DNA of 19,528 bases, from assembly GCA_043822785.1 (NCBI GenBank), contig JBDRBN010000007.1, positions 1 to 19,528 on the forward strand. Reading direction: 5' to 3'. Origin of the DNA: Pseudomonadota bacterium. Lineage in GTDB: Bacteria; UBA10199; 2-02-FULL-44-16; JAAZCA01. Numbering within the stretch: position 1 is the stretch's first letter; each line of letters begins with the position of its first letter. Position numbers and translations under genes: made by a program. The notes under the pieces are model-generated. The model did not search any database. It had not been told where the DNA came from and worked only from the letters and a program-made list of their open reading frames with translations. This document shows, piece after piece, positions 1 to 7,442 of the stretch.

Positions 1-49
1 TTGGAGGGTGTAAATCCGAATCTTAAATGTAAGTCAGAGGAGGAAAATC

Positions 50-928
50 ATGCGTTATCTGTTAGCAATCTCAATTCTTTGCTTTTTGGTCTCTATTGGC
101 ACGGCCTCCCATGCCAAGGGCGATGATGAACGCGTTCAAGCGCTGGAACAAAAAGTTACGACCATGGAGAAGACTCGAGCCTCAAACAACCAACAGGTTG
201 CCTCAGCTCTTTCTCGCTTTGGCGCGCTGCAAGACGAATTCGCCCAGCTCAAGGGCCAGATTGAGGCTAACAGACATCTGGTGGGCACCCAGTACAGTGA
301 ACTGGGAAAACGCCTTACCGACCTTGATCATAGGATACAGTCCATCGAGGATAGGCTCACCATTTTTTCAACCCAGCTTTCCAAAGCTTTGGGAAAGGTC
401 GCGCCTGCTGCAGCCGCTGAAGGCGACCTCTACCAAAAAGGGTTGGATCTGGTTGCATCCTCTCGCTACTTGGAGGCTGCGTCGACCTTTGAGAGCTTTA
501 TAAGAAAGTACCCGAAGAGCAGCTTCGTTGCCAGCGCCAAGCTGTGGATAGCAGAGTGCTTTTATTCCATGCGCGATTACCAAAGGGCCATTCAGGAATA
601 TCAAAAATTCATAGATAACTATCCACGCAGCGATAAGATACCCGAAACTGTGCTTAAGCAGGCAAATTGTTTCTATGAACTCGGCATGTTGGATGAGGCT
701 CGTGTCTTCTATGACCAGGTGATAAGTCGCCACCCCACGAGCTCTGCTGCAGCACAGGCTAAGGAGAAAATTGCCAGGATCGAAGGCAAAAAGGCTCAAC
801 TTGGCGCTTCGCAATCTGATACAGGCCTTGAGACCTATCCGACAAAGACGCTCGAGCAGAAGATGAAAGAACAATATGGGGACGAAACCGGAAAAACAGG
901 TCAGAACAAAGGTGAAAGTGGGTTCTAG
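50..928 (+). CDS. cpoB: Tol-Pal system protein CpoB/YbgF (signal peptide, coiled coil, TPR domain)
   Basis: GAGGAGG RBS at 37-43; signal peptide (…GTASHA); N-terminal coiled coil (RVQALEQKV…LQDEFAQLKGQIE); TPR repeats typical of YbgF (LYQKGLDL…YLEAASTFESFIRKYPKS…AKLWIAECFY…YPRSDKIPETVLKQA…HPTSSAAAQAKEKI). Confidence 0.8.
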   Translation: MRYLLAISILCFLVSIGTASHAKGDDERVQALEQKVTTMEKTRASNNQQVASALSRFGALQDEFAQLKGQIEANRHLVGTQYSELGKRLTDLDHRIQSIEDRLTIFSTQLSKALGKVAPAAAAEGDLYQKGLDLVASSRYLEAASTFESFIRKYPKSSFVASAKLWIAECFYSMRDYQRAIQEYQKFIDNYPRSDKIPETVLKQANCFYELGMLDEARVFYDQVISRHPTSSAAAQAKEKIARIEGKKAQLGASQSDTGLETYPTKTLEQKMKEQYGDETGKTGQNKGESGF

Positions 929-936
929 CGACTGCG

Positions 937-1953
937 ATGCGAATCCTTGGAATAGAGAGTTCCTGCGATGAAACTGCCTGCTCTGTAGTCAGCGGCCATG
1001 AGGTAATGTCCAACTTGGTTGCAACTCAGCACGACGTCCATGAGAGATATGGAGGCGTTGTGCCAGAGCTTGCTTCGCGCAGACATCTTGAGAACATAAC
1101 GCCGCTCATTACTGGCGCATTGGATGCAGCCGATCTTTCGCTCGATGATATCGACGGCATCGCTGTGACCTTTGCACCTGGCCTTCTAGGCTCTTTGCTG
1201 GTGGGACTATCTGCAGCAAAGTCGATAGCTTTTGCAAGAAAGCTTCCTTTTATCGGAGTAAATCATCTCGAAGGACATCTCAATGCTGCACTCCTTGAAT
1301 ATGAAAAGATCCCCTTGCCATATGTGGGATTGGTGGTTTCTGGAGGCCATACCAGTCTTTACCTGGTGAAAGAATTTGATAACTATAAACTTCTAGGAGC
1401 CACGCGCGATGATGCAGCGGGTGAAGCTTTTGATAAGGTAGCAAAGCTATTGGAGCTTGGCTATCCAGGTGGGCCTGCCATAGATGAAGTATCGATCAAA
1501 GGCGATCCAAAGGCATTTAGGTTTACAAGGCCTAAGTTTGATAAAGAAGATACGCTGGATTTTAGCTTCTCAGGTATAAAAACTGCATGCCTGCTCAAAC
1601 ATCGTGATGCCAAAACGAAAAACAAAATCAACGAACAGTTTACAGCTGACCTTGCTGCTTCTTTTCAAGAAGCGTCGGTCGATTTCTTAGTGGACAGGCT
1701 CATAGAGGCTGCCCAAAGATATGATGCTAAAGCCCTGGTGCTGGCTGGCGGCGTAGCTGTCAATCGCCGTTTACGATCTTTGCTTAAACAGCGAGCAGAA
1801 GAGGCAGGGCTTGCCTGTTTTATCCCACCTACCTGGTTATGTACGGATAATGCGGCGATGATAGCGTATGTGGGAAGCAGGCATCTTGAGGCTGGCAGGC
1901 ACAGCGATTTTACGCTCAACGCAGTTGCCAATCAGGAGATCGGTATAACTTAA
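937..1953 (+). CDS. tsaD: tRNA N6-adenosine threonylcarbamoyltransferase TsaD
   Basis: ILGIESSCDET, GGVVPELASRRH, NHLEGH metal motif, VSGGHT, TRDDAAGEAFDK, FSFSG, CTDNAAMIA. Confidence 0.97.
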   Translation: MRILGIESSCDETACSVVSGHEVMSNLVATQHDVHERYGGVVPELASRRHLENITPLITGALDAADLSLDDIDGIAVTFAPGLLGSLLVGLSAAKSIAFARKLPFIGVNHLEGHLNAALLEYEKIPLPYVGLVVSGGHTSLYLVKEFDNYKLLGATRDDAAGEAFDKVAKLLELGYPGGPAIDEVSIKGDPKAFRFTRPKFDKEDTLDFSFSGIKTACLLKHRDAKTKNKINEQFTADLAASFQEASVDFLVDRLIEAAQRYDAKALVLAGGVAVNRRLRSLLKQRAEEAGLACFIPPTWLCTDNAAMIAYVGSRHLEAGRHSDFTLNAVANQEIGIT

Positions 1954-2022
1954 TGCGAGAAACGCGAGCAACCCTTCGACTCGCGCTTGCTCGCTCAGGG
2001 CGGGCGCAAGCAAGGCCAGCAA
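1954..2022. repeat. Composite repeat: 9-bp-unit array interrupted by a CCCTTCGAC…GCTCAGGG REP-like hairpin
   Basis: tgcgagaaa cgcgagcaa [cccttcgactcgcgcttgctcgctcagggcggg] cgcaagcaa ggccagcaa; same layout recurs at 12846-12905. Confidence 0.75.
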
Positions 2023-2046
2023 TGTCAAAACCAGTGATACGAAACA

Positions 2047-2898
2047 ATGCTATCTATACAGACATTACTCAAGAAGTACGGCATAGTTCCCAAAAAAAGC
2101 CTAGGGCAGCACTTTCTTTCAGAGGCCCCTACAATTCGCAAGATCGTAGCCGCCATCGAACCATCAAAAGAAGATTGTATTATTGAAATTGGTCCAGGGC
2201 TTGGGATCATGACCCATCTTTTGGCTAAGCGAGCAGCAGCGGTTTTCGCAATCGAGCGTGATAGAAAGCTTATTGAAATAGCTCGCAAAGAGCATAGCGA
2301 TATTAAGAATATAGTCTGGATTCAAGGGGATATCCTTAAGCTTAAACTCGATGACATACTAGAAAAGTCTCCGAAATTATCGCATGAACACAACATCAAG
2401 GTCATAGGCAACCTTCCGTACAACATATCCACACCCATTCTGTTTTGGATATTATCGCGACGCTCGCTTATATCTCGGGCTACGATAATGGTACAAAAAG
2501 AGGTGTCGCTGCGCATTACAGCCAAGCCTTGTTGCAAGGATTATGGCATTTTGTCAGTTCAGGTCCAGGCGTATGCAAAGGCAAAGAGACTCTTTGATGT
2601 ATCAGCGCGAAATTTTTTTCCTGCGCCAGAGGTGACATCGTCTGTTGTGGACATCGATTTTACAAAGGCCGATGTAGAAAAGCCTAAAGATGAAGCACTG
2701 TTTAAGACGCTTGTGCGGGCAGCGTTTGGAAAGAGGCGCAAGACATTGCGAAACTCTTTGATAGGGGCGGTTAATTTTGACCTCAGCGCATCTGATGTTG
2801 ACTGCTTGCTCAGGCACGCTAATATCAACGGGACACGGCGTGCAGAAACGCTTACTGTTTCAGAGTTTATTAAACTAGCATCGCTCATGGAGGAATAG
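2047..2898 (+). CDS. rsmA: 16S rRNA adenine dimethyltransferase RsmA/KsgA
   Basis: KKSLGQHFL, IEIGPGLG SAM-binding motif, GNLPYNIS, MVQKEV, YGILSV, AAFGKRRKTLRN, RAETL. Confidence 0.97.
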   Translation: MLSIQTLLKKYGIVPKKSLGQHFLSEAPTIRKIVAAIEPSKEDCIIEIGPGLGIMTHLLAKRAAAVFAIERDRKLIEIARKEHSDIKNIVWIQGDILKLKLDDILEKSPKLSHEHNIKVIGNLPYNISTPILFWILSRRSLISRATIMVQKEVSLRITAKPCCKDYGILSVQVQAYAKAKRLFDVSARNFFPAPEVTSSVVDIDFTKADVEKPKDEALFKTLVRAAFGKRRKTLRNSLIGAVNFDLSASDVDCLLRHANINGTRRAETLTVSEFIKLASLMEE

Positions 2899-2902
2899 TC
2901 TT

Positions 2903-3445
2903 ATGAGCAATATCCACAAAATCATCTTCACAACTATTTTGGCTGGGATCGCAGTCCTTATGACAGGAGGAACGACAATGGCATTTGAACTCAAGAGCAT
3001 CTCTTTTAACGAAGGCGCATCCATTCCTTCAAAGTACACCTGCGATGGAGAGAACATATCGCCTCCGCTTTCTTGGAGCGGGGCTCCTGCTGGCACCAAG
3101 TCATTTGCGCTCATATCAGATGATCCAGATGCTCCTGTTATGGGCGCGTGGGTGCATTGGGTGGCCTGGAACATCCCGACTGGCTCAACATCCTTCAAAG
3201 AAGGCATGGACAAAGGCGCTACGCTCTCAAATGGCACAAAACAGGGCATGAGCGATTTCAAAAAGCCTGGATATGGCGGACCATGCCCACCTTCTGGAAC
3301 TCATCGTTATTTCTTCAAGTTATATGCGCTCGATACCACGCTTGACCTGCCTGCCACATCCACGAAAAAGGATCTAGAAGCTGCGATGAAGGGGCATATT
3401 TTGGCCCAAACCCAGCTTATGGGCACATATAGCAGGAATAAATAA
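2903..3445 (+). CDS. YbhB/YbcL family PEBP (Raf kinase inhibitor-like) protein; alternative start at 2978
   Basis: YTCDGENISPPLSW, DDPDAP, WVHWV, YGGPCPPSGTHRYFFKLYALD; in-frame ATG 2978 preceded by AGGAGG (2965-2970). Confidence 0.93.
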   Translation: MSNIHKIIFTTILAGIAVLMTGGTTMAFELKSISFNEGASIPSKYTCDGENISPPLSWSGAPAGTKSFALISDDPDAPVMGAWVHWVAWNIPTGSTSFKEGMDKGATLSNGTKQGMSDFKKPGYGGPCPPSGTHRYFFKLYALDTTLDLPATSTKKDLEAAMKGHILAQTQLMGTYSRNK

Positions 3446-3452
3446 GTTTATT

Positions 3453-3532
3453 TGCGAGACCGGCGAGACCAGCCAGGCCAGCGAGAAAGGTGTGCCGAGC
3501 CTACTGGTCTCGCCTTTCTCGCCGGTCTCGCT
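3453..3532. repeat. Inverted array of 9-bp units (core GCGAGA / TCTCGC)
   Basis: tgcgagacc ggcgagacc agccaggcc agcgagaaa, a 17-bp spacer, then ggtctcgcc tttctcgcc ggtctcgct; related to 9694-9767. Confidence 0.8.
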
Positions 3533-3536
3533 TTGC

Positions 3537-3565
3537 TAGACAAACCCATACCTCTTTGTTATAGG
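3537..3565 (+). promoter_or_regulatory. Putative sigma70-type promoter, possibly leaderless, for the deoxynucleoside kinase-panB-panC unit
   Basis: TAGACA (3537-3542), 17-bp spacer, TG-t-TATAGG (3557-3565); ATG 3573 lies 7 nt downstream with no clear Shine-Dalgarno. Confidence 0.4.
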
Positions 3566-3572
3566 CGGCGGT

Positions 3573-4217
3573 ATGAACTCAGCATCAGAGGTAAAGTATA
3601 TAGCAGTAGATGGCCCTATTGGAGCGGGCAAAACCACGCTGGCAAAAATGTTAGCAGAGGATATGAACGGGCATCTGTGCCTGGAACCTGCAGAGAAAAA
3701 CCCTTTTCTGCCAGAATTTTATAAAGATCGAAACCGCAACGCATTTAAAACCCAGCTATTTTTTCTGCTGAATCGATATCAGCAACACCTGGATCTCAGA
3801 CAGCAAAACCTGTTTGCCCAAGCCGTTGTGTGCGACTACACCTTTGCCAAGGATCAGATCTTTGCCAAGGTCAACCTCTCTGATGACGAGCTTGCCTTGT
3901 ATAATACGGTTTTCAATCTGCTGCGCGAGAGGCTGCCAAAGCCCGATCTTGTAATTTATATGCAAGCTGATTCAAAGGTGCTGCTTCAGAGGATTCGCAA
4001 GCGCGGCTTTGAATATGAGCGTCCCATAACCCAGCAGTATTTGGAAAGCCTTACAGAGAGCTATAACCGCCATTTTATGAATTACGATGAAACGCCGCTG
4101 CTTGTCGTGGATACATCAGAGCAAAACTACATGGAAAATCCAGACGACTTTCAAAACATAAAGAAAGCCATCCTCACTCATAGGGGTGGCACGGTCCACC
4201 TTATCGCCAGATCCTAG
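3573..4217 (+). CDS. Deoxynucleoside kinase (dAK/dCK/dGK family)
   Basis: IAVDGPIGAGKTT P-loop, NPFLPEFY, FKTQLFFLLNRYQQ, PKPDLVIY, LLQRIRKRG lid; position immediately before panB. Confidence 0.92.
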   Translation: MNSASEVKYIAVDGPIGAGKTTLAKMLAEDMNGHLCLEPAEKNPFLPEFYKDRNRNAFKTQLFFLLNRYQQHLDLRQQNLFAQAVVCDYTFAKDQIFAKVNLSDDELALYNTVFNLLRERLPKPDLVIYMQADSKVLLQRIRKRGFEYERPITQQYLESLTESYNRHFMNYDETPLLVVDTSEQNYMENPDDFQNIKKAILTHRGGTVHLIARS

Positions 4218-4228
4218 CAAAGCCGGCA

Positions 4229-5035
4229 ATGAAACAGATAACCATCACACAAATCAGCGAAAAACATCGCAAGGGCGAAAAACTCACCATGCTCACTGCC
4301 TATGATTCTACGTTCGCAGCGGTTTTGGATAACGCTGGCGTTGATATGATCTTGGTGGGCGACTCTCTGGGCATGGTAGTTCAGGGGCACGCGAGCACAA
4401 TTCCGGTAACGCTGGATGAAGTGATCTACCATACGCGGTGTGTTTCGCGAGGCACGAATAGGGCGCTTGTGGTAGCTGACCTTCCGTTTATGAGCTACCA
4501 AGCATCCAAGACCCAGGCCATGCTTGCGGCAGGTCGAGCCATGAAAGAGGGATGTGCCTCTGCTGTTAAGATCGAAGGCGGCCTTGAAATGGTTGAGTCA
4601 GCAAGGCTTATGACTGCTGCTGGCATTCCGGTCATGGCCCATATAGGACTTAAGCCCCAGCGCATTCATCAGATGGGGGGATACAAGATACAGGGAAAAA
4701 CTAAGGAACAGTCAGCACAGCTTGTCGAAGAAGCAAAAGCCTTTGAACAGGCAGGTGCGTTTAGCCTTGTGCTTGAGGGTATAGCAATGGAGACAGCGCG
4801 CGAGATAACAGAAGCGTGCAACATTCCCACCATAGGCATCGGCTGTGGGCCGCACTGCTCAGGCCAGGTGCTTGTGATTTATGACATGCTTGGCCTCAAT
4901 CCCGCCTTTAGTCCTTCATTTGTAAAAGTGTATGCAGATGGTCACAAAATGATAACCAATGCCATAAAGAATTATATCGATGAGGTAAAATCAGGAGTTT
5001 TTCCTACAGAAGAGTACGGGCATTATAGAAAATGA
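4229..5035 (+). CDS. panB: 3-methyl-2-oxobutanoate hydroxymethyltransferase
   Basis: MLTAYD, LVGDSLGM, ADLPFMSY, VKIEGG, AHIGLKPQ, PTIGIG, GQVLV. Confidence 0.98.
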   Translation: MKQITITQISEKHRKGEKLTMLTAYDSTFAAVLDNAGVDMILVGDSLGMVVQGHASTIPVTLDEVIYHTRCVSRGTNRALVVADLPFMSYQASKTQAMLAAGRAMKEGCASAVKIEGGLEMVESARLMTAAGIPVMAHIGLKPQRIHQMGGYKIQGKTKEQSAQLVEEAKAFEQAGAFSLVLEGIAMETAREITEACNIPTIGIGCGPHCSGQVLVIYDMLGLNPAFSPSFVKVYADGHKMITNAIKNYIDEVKSGVFPTEEYGHYRK

Positions 5036-5925
5036 AGGTCTTTTACACAGTAGACGAGATGCGAGAATGGTCCAGGGCTCAGAAAAGAGCTAAGCGTACA
5101 ATTGCATTTGTTCCGACAATGGGTGCGCTGCATGAGGGGCACCTGTCTCTCATGCGCGAAGCAAAGAAGCACGGTGATCTGCTTGCAGTTTCAATCTACG
5201 TCAATCCCGCTCAGTTTGGGCCGAACGAAGACTTAAACAAATATCCGCGCACGCTGGAGCAGGACATAGCAAAGTCGAAAGATGTCGGCGCCCACGCCGT
5301 ATTTATTCCTACAGATGATCAGATATATCCAGATGGCTTTCAAACATATGTGAACGTGCAGGAGATGACAAAATCGCTGTGTGGCGCTTCGCGACCAACA
5401 CACTTTATGGGCGTAACCACAGTTGTGGCAAAGCTATTCAATATTATCCGACCAGACGTGTCTATCTTTGGCGAAAAGGACTTTCAGCAGCTTGCGGTCA
5501 TACGCAGGATGGTTAGCGACCTCAACATGCCTATCAAAATCATAGGCTGCCCCATAGTGCGCGAGGCCGATGGTTTGGCTATGAGTTCTCGAAACAAGTA
5601 TCTCTCACCTGAAGAGCGCGCTGCAGCCTTGTCACTTTCCAGATCATTAAAACATGTAGAGAAGATGGTGGCAGAAGGCGAGAACAGTGCTCGGGTAATA
5701 AGCGCCGCTGTAGGAGAAATAATCGCTTCTGAGAAACTTGTAAGAATAGATTACATCAGTCTTGTGGACGCGGGGACGCTTGAAGATATAGACGAGGTAG
5801 ATAGGCCTACGGTGCTTGCCATTGCCGCATTTGTGGGCAGCACAAGGTTAATAGATAATATTTGCCTTTCAGGCAAATTCCAAATCCCAAATTCCAATGA
5901 CCAAACAAATCCCAAATTCCAATGA
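5032..5925 (+). CDS. panC: Pantoate-beta-alanine ligase; last 16 residues are repeat-derived
   Basis: FVPTMGALHEGH, VNPAQF, RPTHFMGV, FGEKDFQQL, READGLAMSSRN, RLIDN; ATGA overlap with panB. Confidence 0.98.
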   Translation: MKVFYTVDEMREWSRAQKRAKRTIAFVPTMGALHEGHLSLMREAKKHGDLLAVSIYVNPAQFGPNEDLNKYPRTLEQDIAKSKDVGAHAVFIPTDDQIYPDGFQTYVNVQEMTKSLCGASRPTHFMGVTTVVAKLFNIIRPDVSIFGEKDFQQLAVIRRMVSDLNMPIKIIGCPIVREADGLAMSSRNKYLSPEERAAALSLSRSLKHVEKMVAEGENSARVISAAVGEIIASEKLVRIDYISLVDAGTLEDIDEVDRPTVLAIAAFVGSTRLIDNICLSGKFQIPNSNDQTNPKFQ

Positions 5926-6030
5926 CCAAATGATCCAAACAACGGCTTTCGGATCAAGGAGGTTTTGTTTGGAATTTGAGTATTGGAATTTGGTATTTAT
6001 TTGGAGTTTGGTGCTTGGAATTTGGAATTT
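5875..6030. repeat. Inverted array of 7-bp units (AAATTCC / GGAATTT) forming a long imperfect hairpin
   Basis: Left arm 5875-5940 (aaattcc aaatccc aaattcc aatgacc aaac aaatccc aaattcc aatgacc…); right arm 5967-6030 (ggaattt gagtatt ggaattt ggtattt attt ggagttt ggtgctt ggaattt ggaattt); exact 25-bp tandem duplication 5881-5905 / 5906-5930. Confidence 0.85.
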
Positions 6031-6049
6031 TTGGAACTAGGATGGTTGT

Positions 6050-7030
6050 GTGAGATTATTTCTCTTCAGCACAATCGTAATGTTTCTTACCTTAATTTCT
6101 GCACAGGGGAGTGGCTTTGCAGCTAATTTAACAGAGACTAGTGCACCGGCATTGATAGTGATGCCTGATGACGGTGCAAATCCGCTTGAGAGGATCATAT
6201 CCGAGTCGGGCAAGAGCATAGATATAGTGATGCATCGGCTTGATGATGAGAGGATATTGAAGGCTATTTCTGCCGCTGCCAAACGCGGCATTAAGGTGCG
6301 CGCAATGTTGGAGAAGTATCCTCAAGGAATAGGTGGCGAAAATGTAAAAGCCCAAAAGGCCCTTGAAGCAGCTGGTGCATTTACGAAATGGGGCAATCCT
6401 GAGTTTGGCAGCACTTTTCAGAGAACTTTGATCGTGGATTCAAGAGCAGCTTACGTCTCGACTTTTGATTTTACTCAAGAGGCTCTAAAGGGAGCGCGGG
6501 GATTTGTAATTAAACTAGTGGACCCGAGAGAAGTAAAGGAAGTCGCTGAGGCATTTGAGGCAGATTGGAAGCGTAAGCGAGAAACGCCTGTGAGCGCTAA
6601 ACTCGCATGGGCGCCTACATTTGCCCGCAGGAGGATTTCTGATCTCATACGAGGAGCGCGCCATTCGCTCTTTATATACTCCGAGCGAGTTGGAGACACA
6701 GAGGTGGAGCGCGAACTTGAAAGAGCCATAAAGCGCGGTATTGCAGTAAAAATAATTGTGGGTGACAGCGAAGGCGCCAACGGGCCAGGCGTCACAAGCC
6801 TTAAACAGCTTGGAGCAAGGGTGCACGTGATGAAGAAGCCAAAACTTATGGCAAACGCTATTCTCGTTGATGCAGGGTATAAGGATGAGGTGGTTCTTGT
6901 AGGTTCGCTGGATTTGTCGACTTTTTCTCTGGATAGAGATCGAGGGTTGGCTGTTCTTATCAGCGATCAGTCACGAATAATACGACTTAAAAAAATATTC
7001 GAAAGCGATTTCTCTAAAACCAGTGATTAG
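6050..7030 (+). CDS. Secreted phospholipase D / cardiolipin synthase-fold protein with degenerate HKD motifs
   Basis: GTG start; signal peptide; two PLD domains (SIDIVMH…AAAKRGIKVRAM; SLFIYS…AIKRGIAVKII); motif positions read FQRTLIVD…STFDFT and MANAILVD…GSLDLS. Confidence 0.8.
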   Translation: MRLFLFSTIVMFLTLISAQGSGFAANLTETSAPALIVMPDDGANPLERIISESGKSIDIVMHRLDDERILKAISAAAKRGIKVRAMLEKYPQGIGGENVKAQKALEAAGAFTKWGNPEFGSTFQRTLIVDSRAAYVSTFDFTQEALKGARGFVIKLVDPREVKEVAEAFEADWKRKRETPVSAKLAWAPTFARRRISDLIRGARHSLFIYSERVGDTEVERELERAIKRGIAVKIIVGDSEGANGPGVTSLKQLGARVHVMKKPKLMANAILVDAGYKDEVVLVGSLDLSTFSLDRDRGLAVLISDQSRIIRLKKIFESDFSKTSD

Positions 7031-7038
7031 ACAAAAGC

Positions 7039-7419
7039 CTACCACTGCTTGTAGTCTTCACTTGAGCTTGATACCCACCCGTTCTCTTCGTTGTATATAT
7101 ATGGGTTACCAAAGGGATCTATTATCTCACCCCTGTCATTGATGATAATCCTATCTATATAACGTTTGCCGATTTTATCGCCTGGCAGCTGAAAAGTCAT
7201 GAGAGCCAGCTCTACGAGACTTATAGGTTTTCGTTTCTCGATGATGTCAAAAGTGCTTATGGCCTGTCTGAGGAGCACGAGTTCATAATGTAAGGCTTTT
7301 TCCCTGTATCTTGTTTGCTCCAGAAAATAGCCGTGTATCATGAACGCGAATATCGTGATGAATACAAAGAGTAAAATAATTGATTCAAAAATTCCCCTTT
7401 GAAGACTCTTAAATTTCAT
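7039..7419 (-). CDS. Small pilin/GspG-like membrane-anchored protein
   Basis: AAGGAGG RBS; one N-terminal hydrophobic helix; REKALHYELVLLRQAISTF…RKPISLVEL and DPFGNPYIY resemble GspG/pseudopilin signatures; no canonical G|FxxxE. Confidence 0.55.
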   Translation of the reverse strand: MKFKSLQRGIFESIILLFVFITIFAFMIHGYFLEQTRYREKALHYELVLLRQAISTFDIIEKRKPISLVELALMTFQLPGDKIGKRYIDRIIINDRGEIIDPFGNPYIYNEENGWVSSSSEDYKQW

Positions 7420-7442
7420 TATTTAATCCTCCTTGCAGAAAT

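Noticed and set aside
1953..2186. 77-aa ORF between tsaD and rsmA
   Set aside because: Its start is the translated composite repeat and the rest overlaps rsmA out of frame.
3452..3724. ORFs 3452-3724 and 9693-10019 look like a paralogous small-protein family (MRDRRD…LAFLA)
   Set aside because: The similarity is confined to the shared 9-bp DNA repeat; both overlap well-supported genes and lack an RBS.
3573..5925. Absence of folK and panD around the deoxynucleoside kinase-panB-panC cluster
   Set aside because: These genes are often located elsewhere; nothing can be concluded from one window.
5751..5957. Minus-strand ORF with FGHWNLGFVWSLEFGIWNL repeats
   Set aside because: Translation of the heptamer array, antisense to panC.
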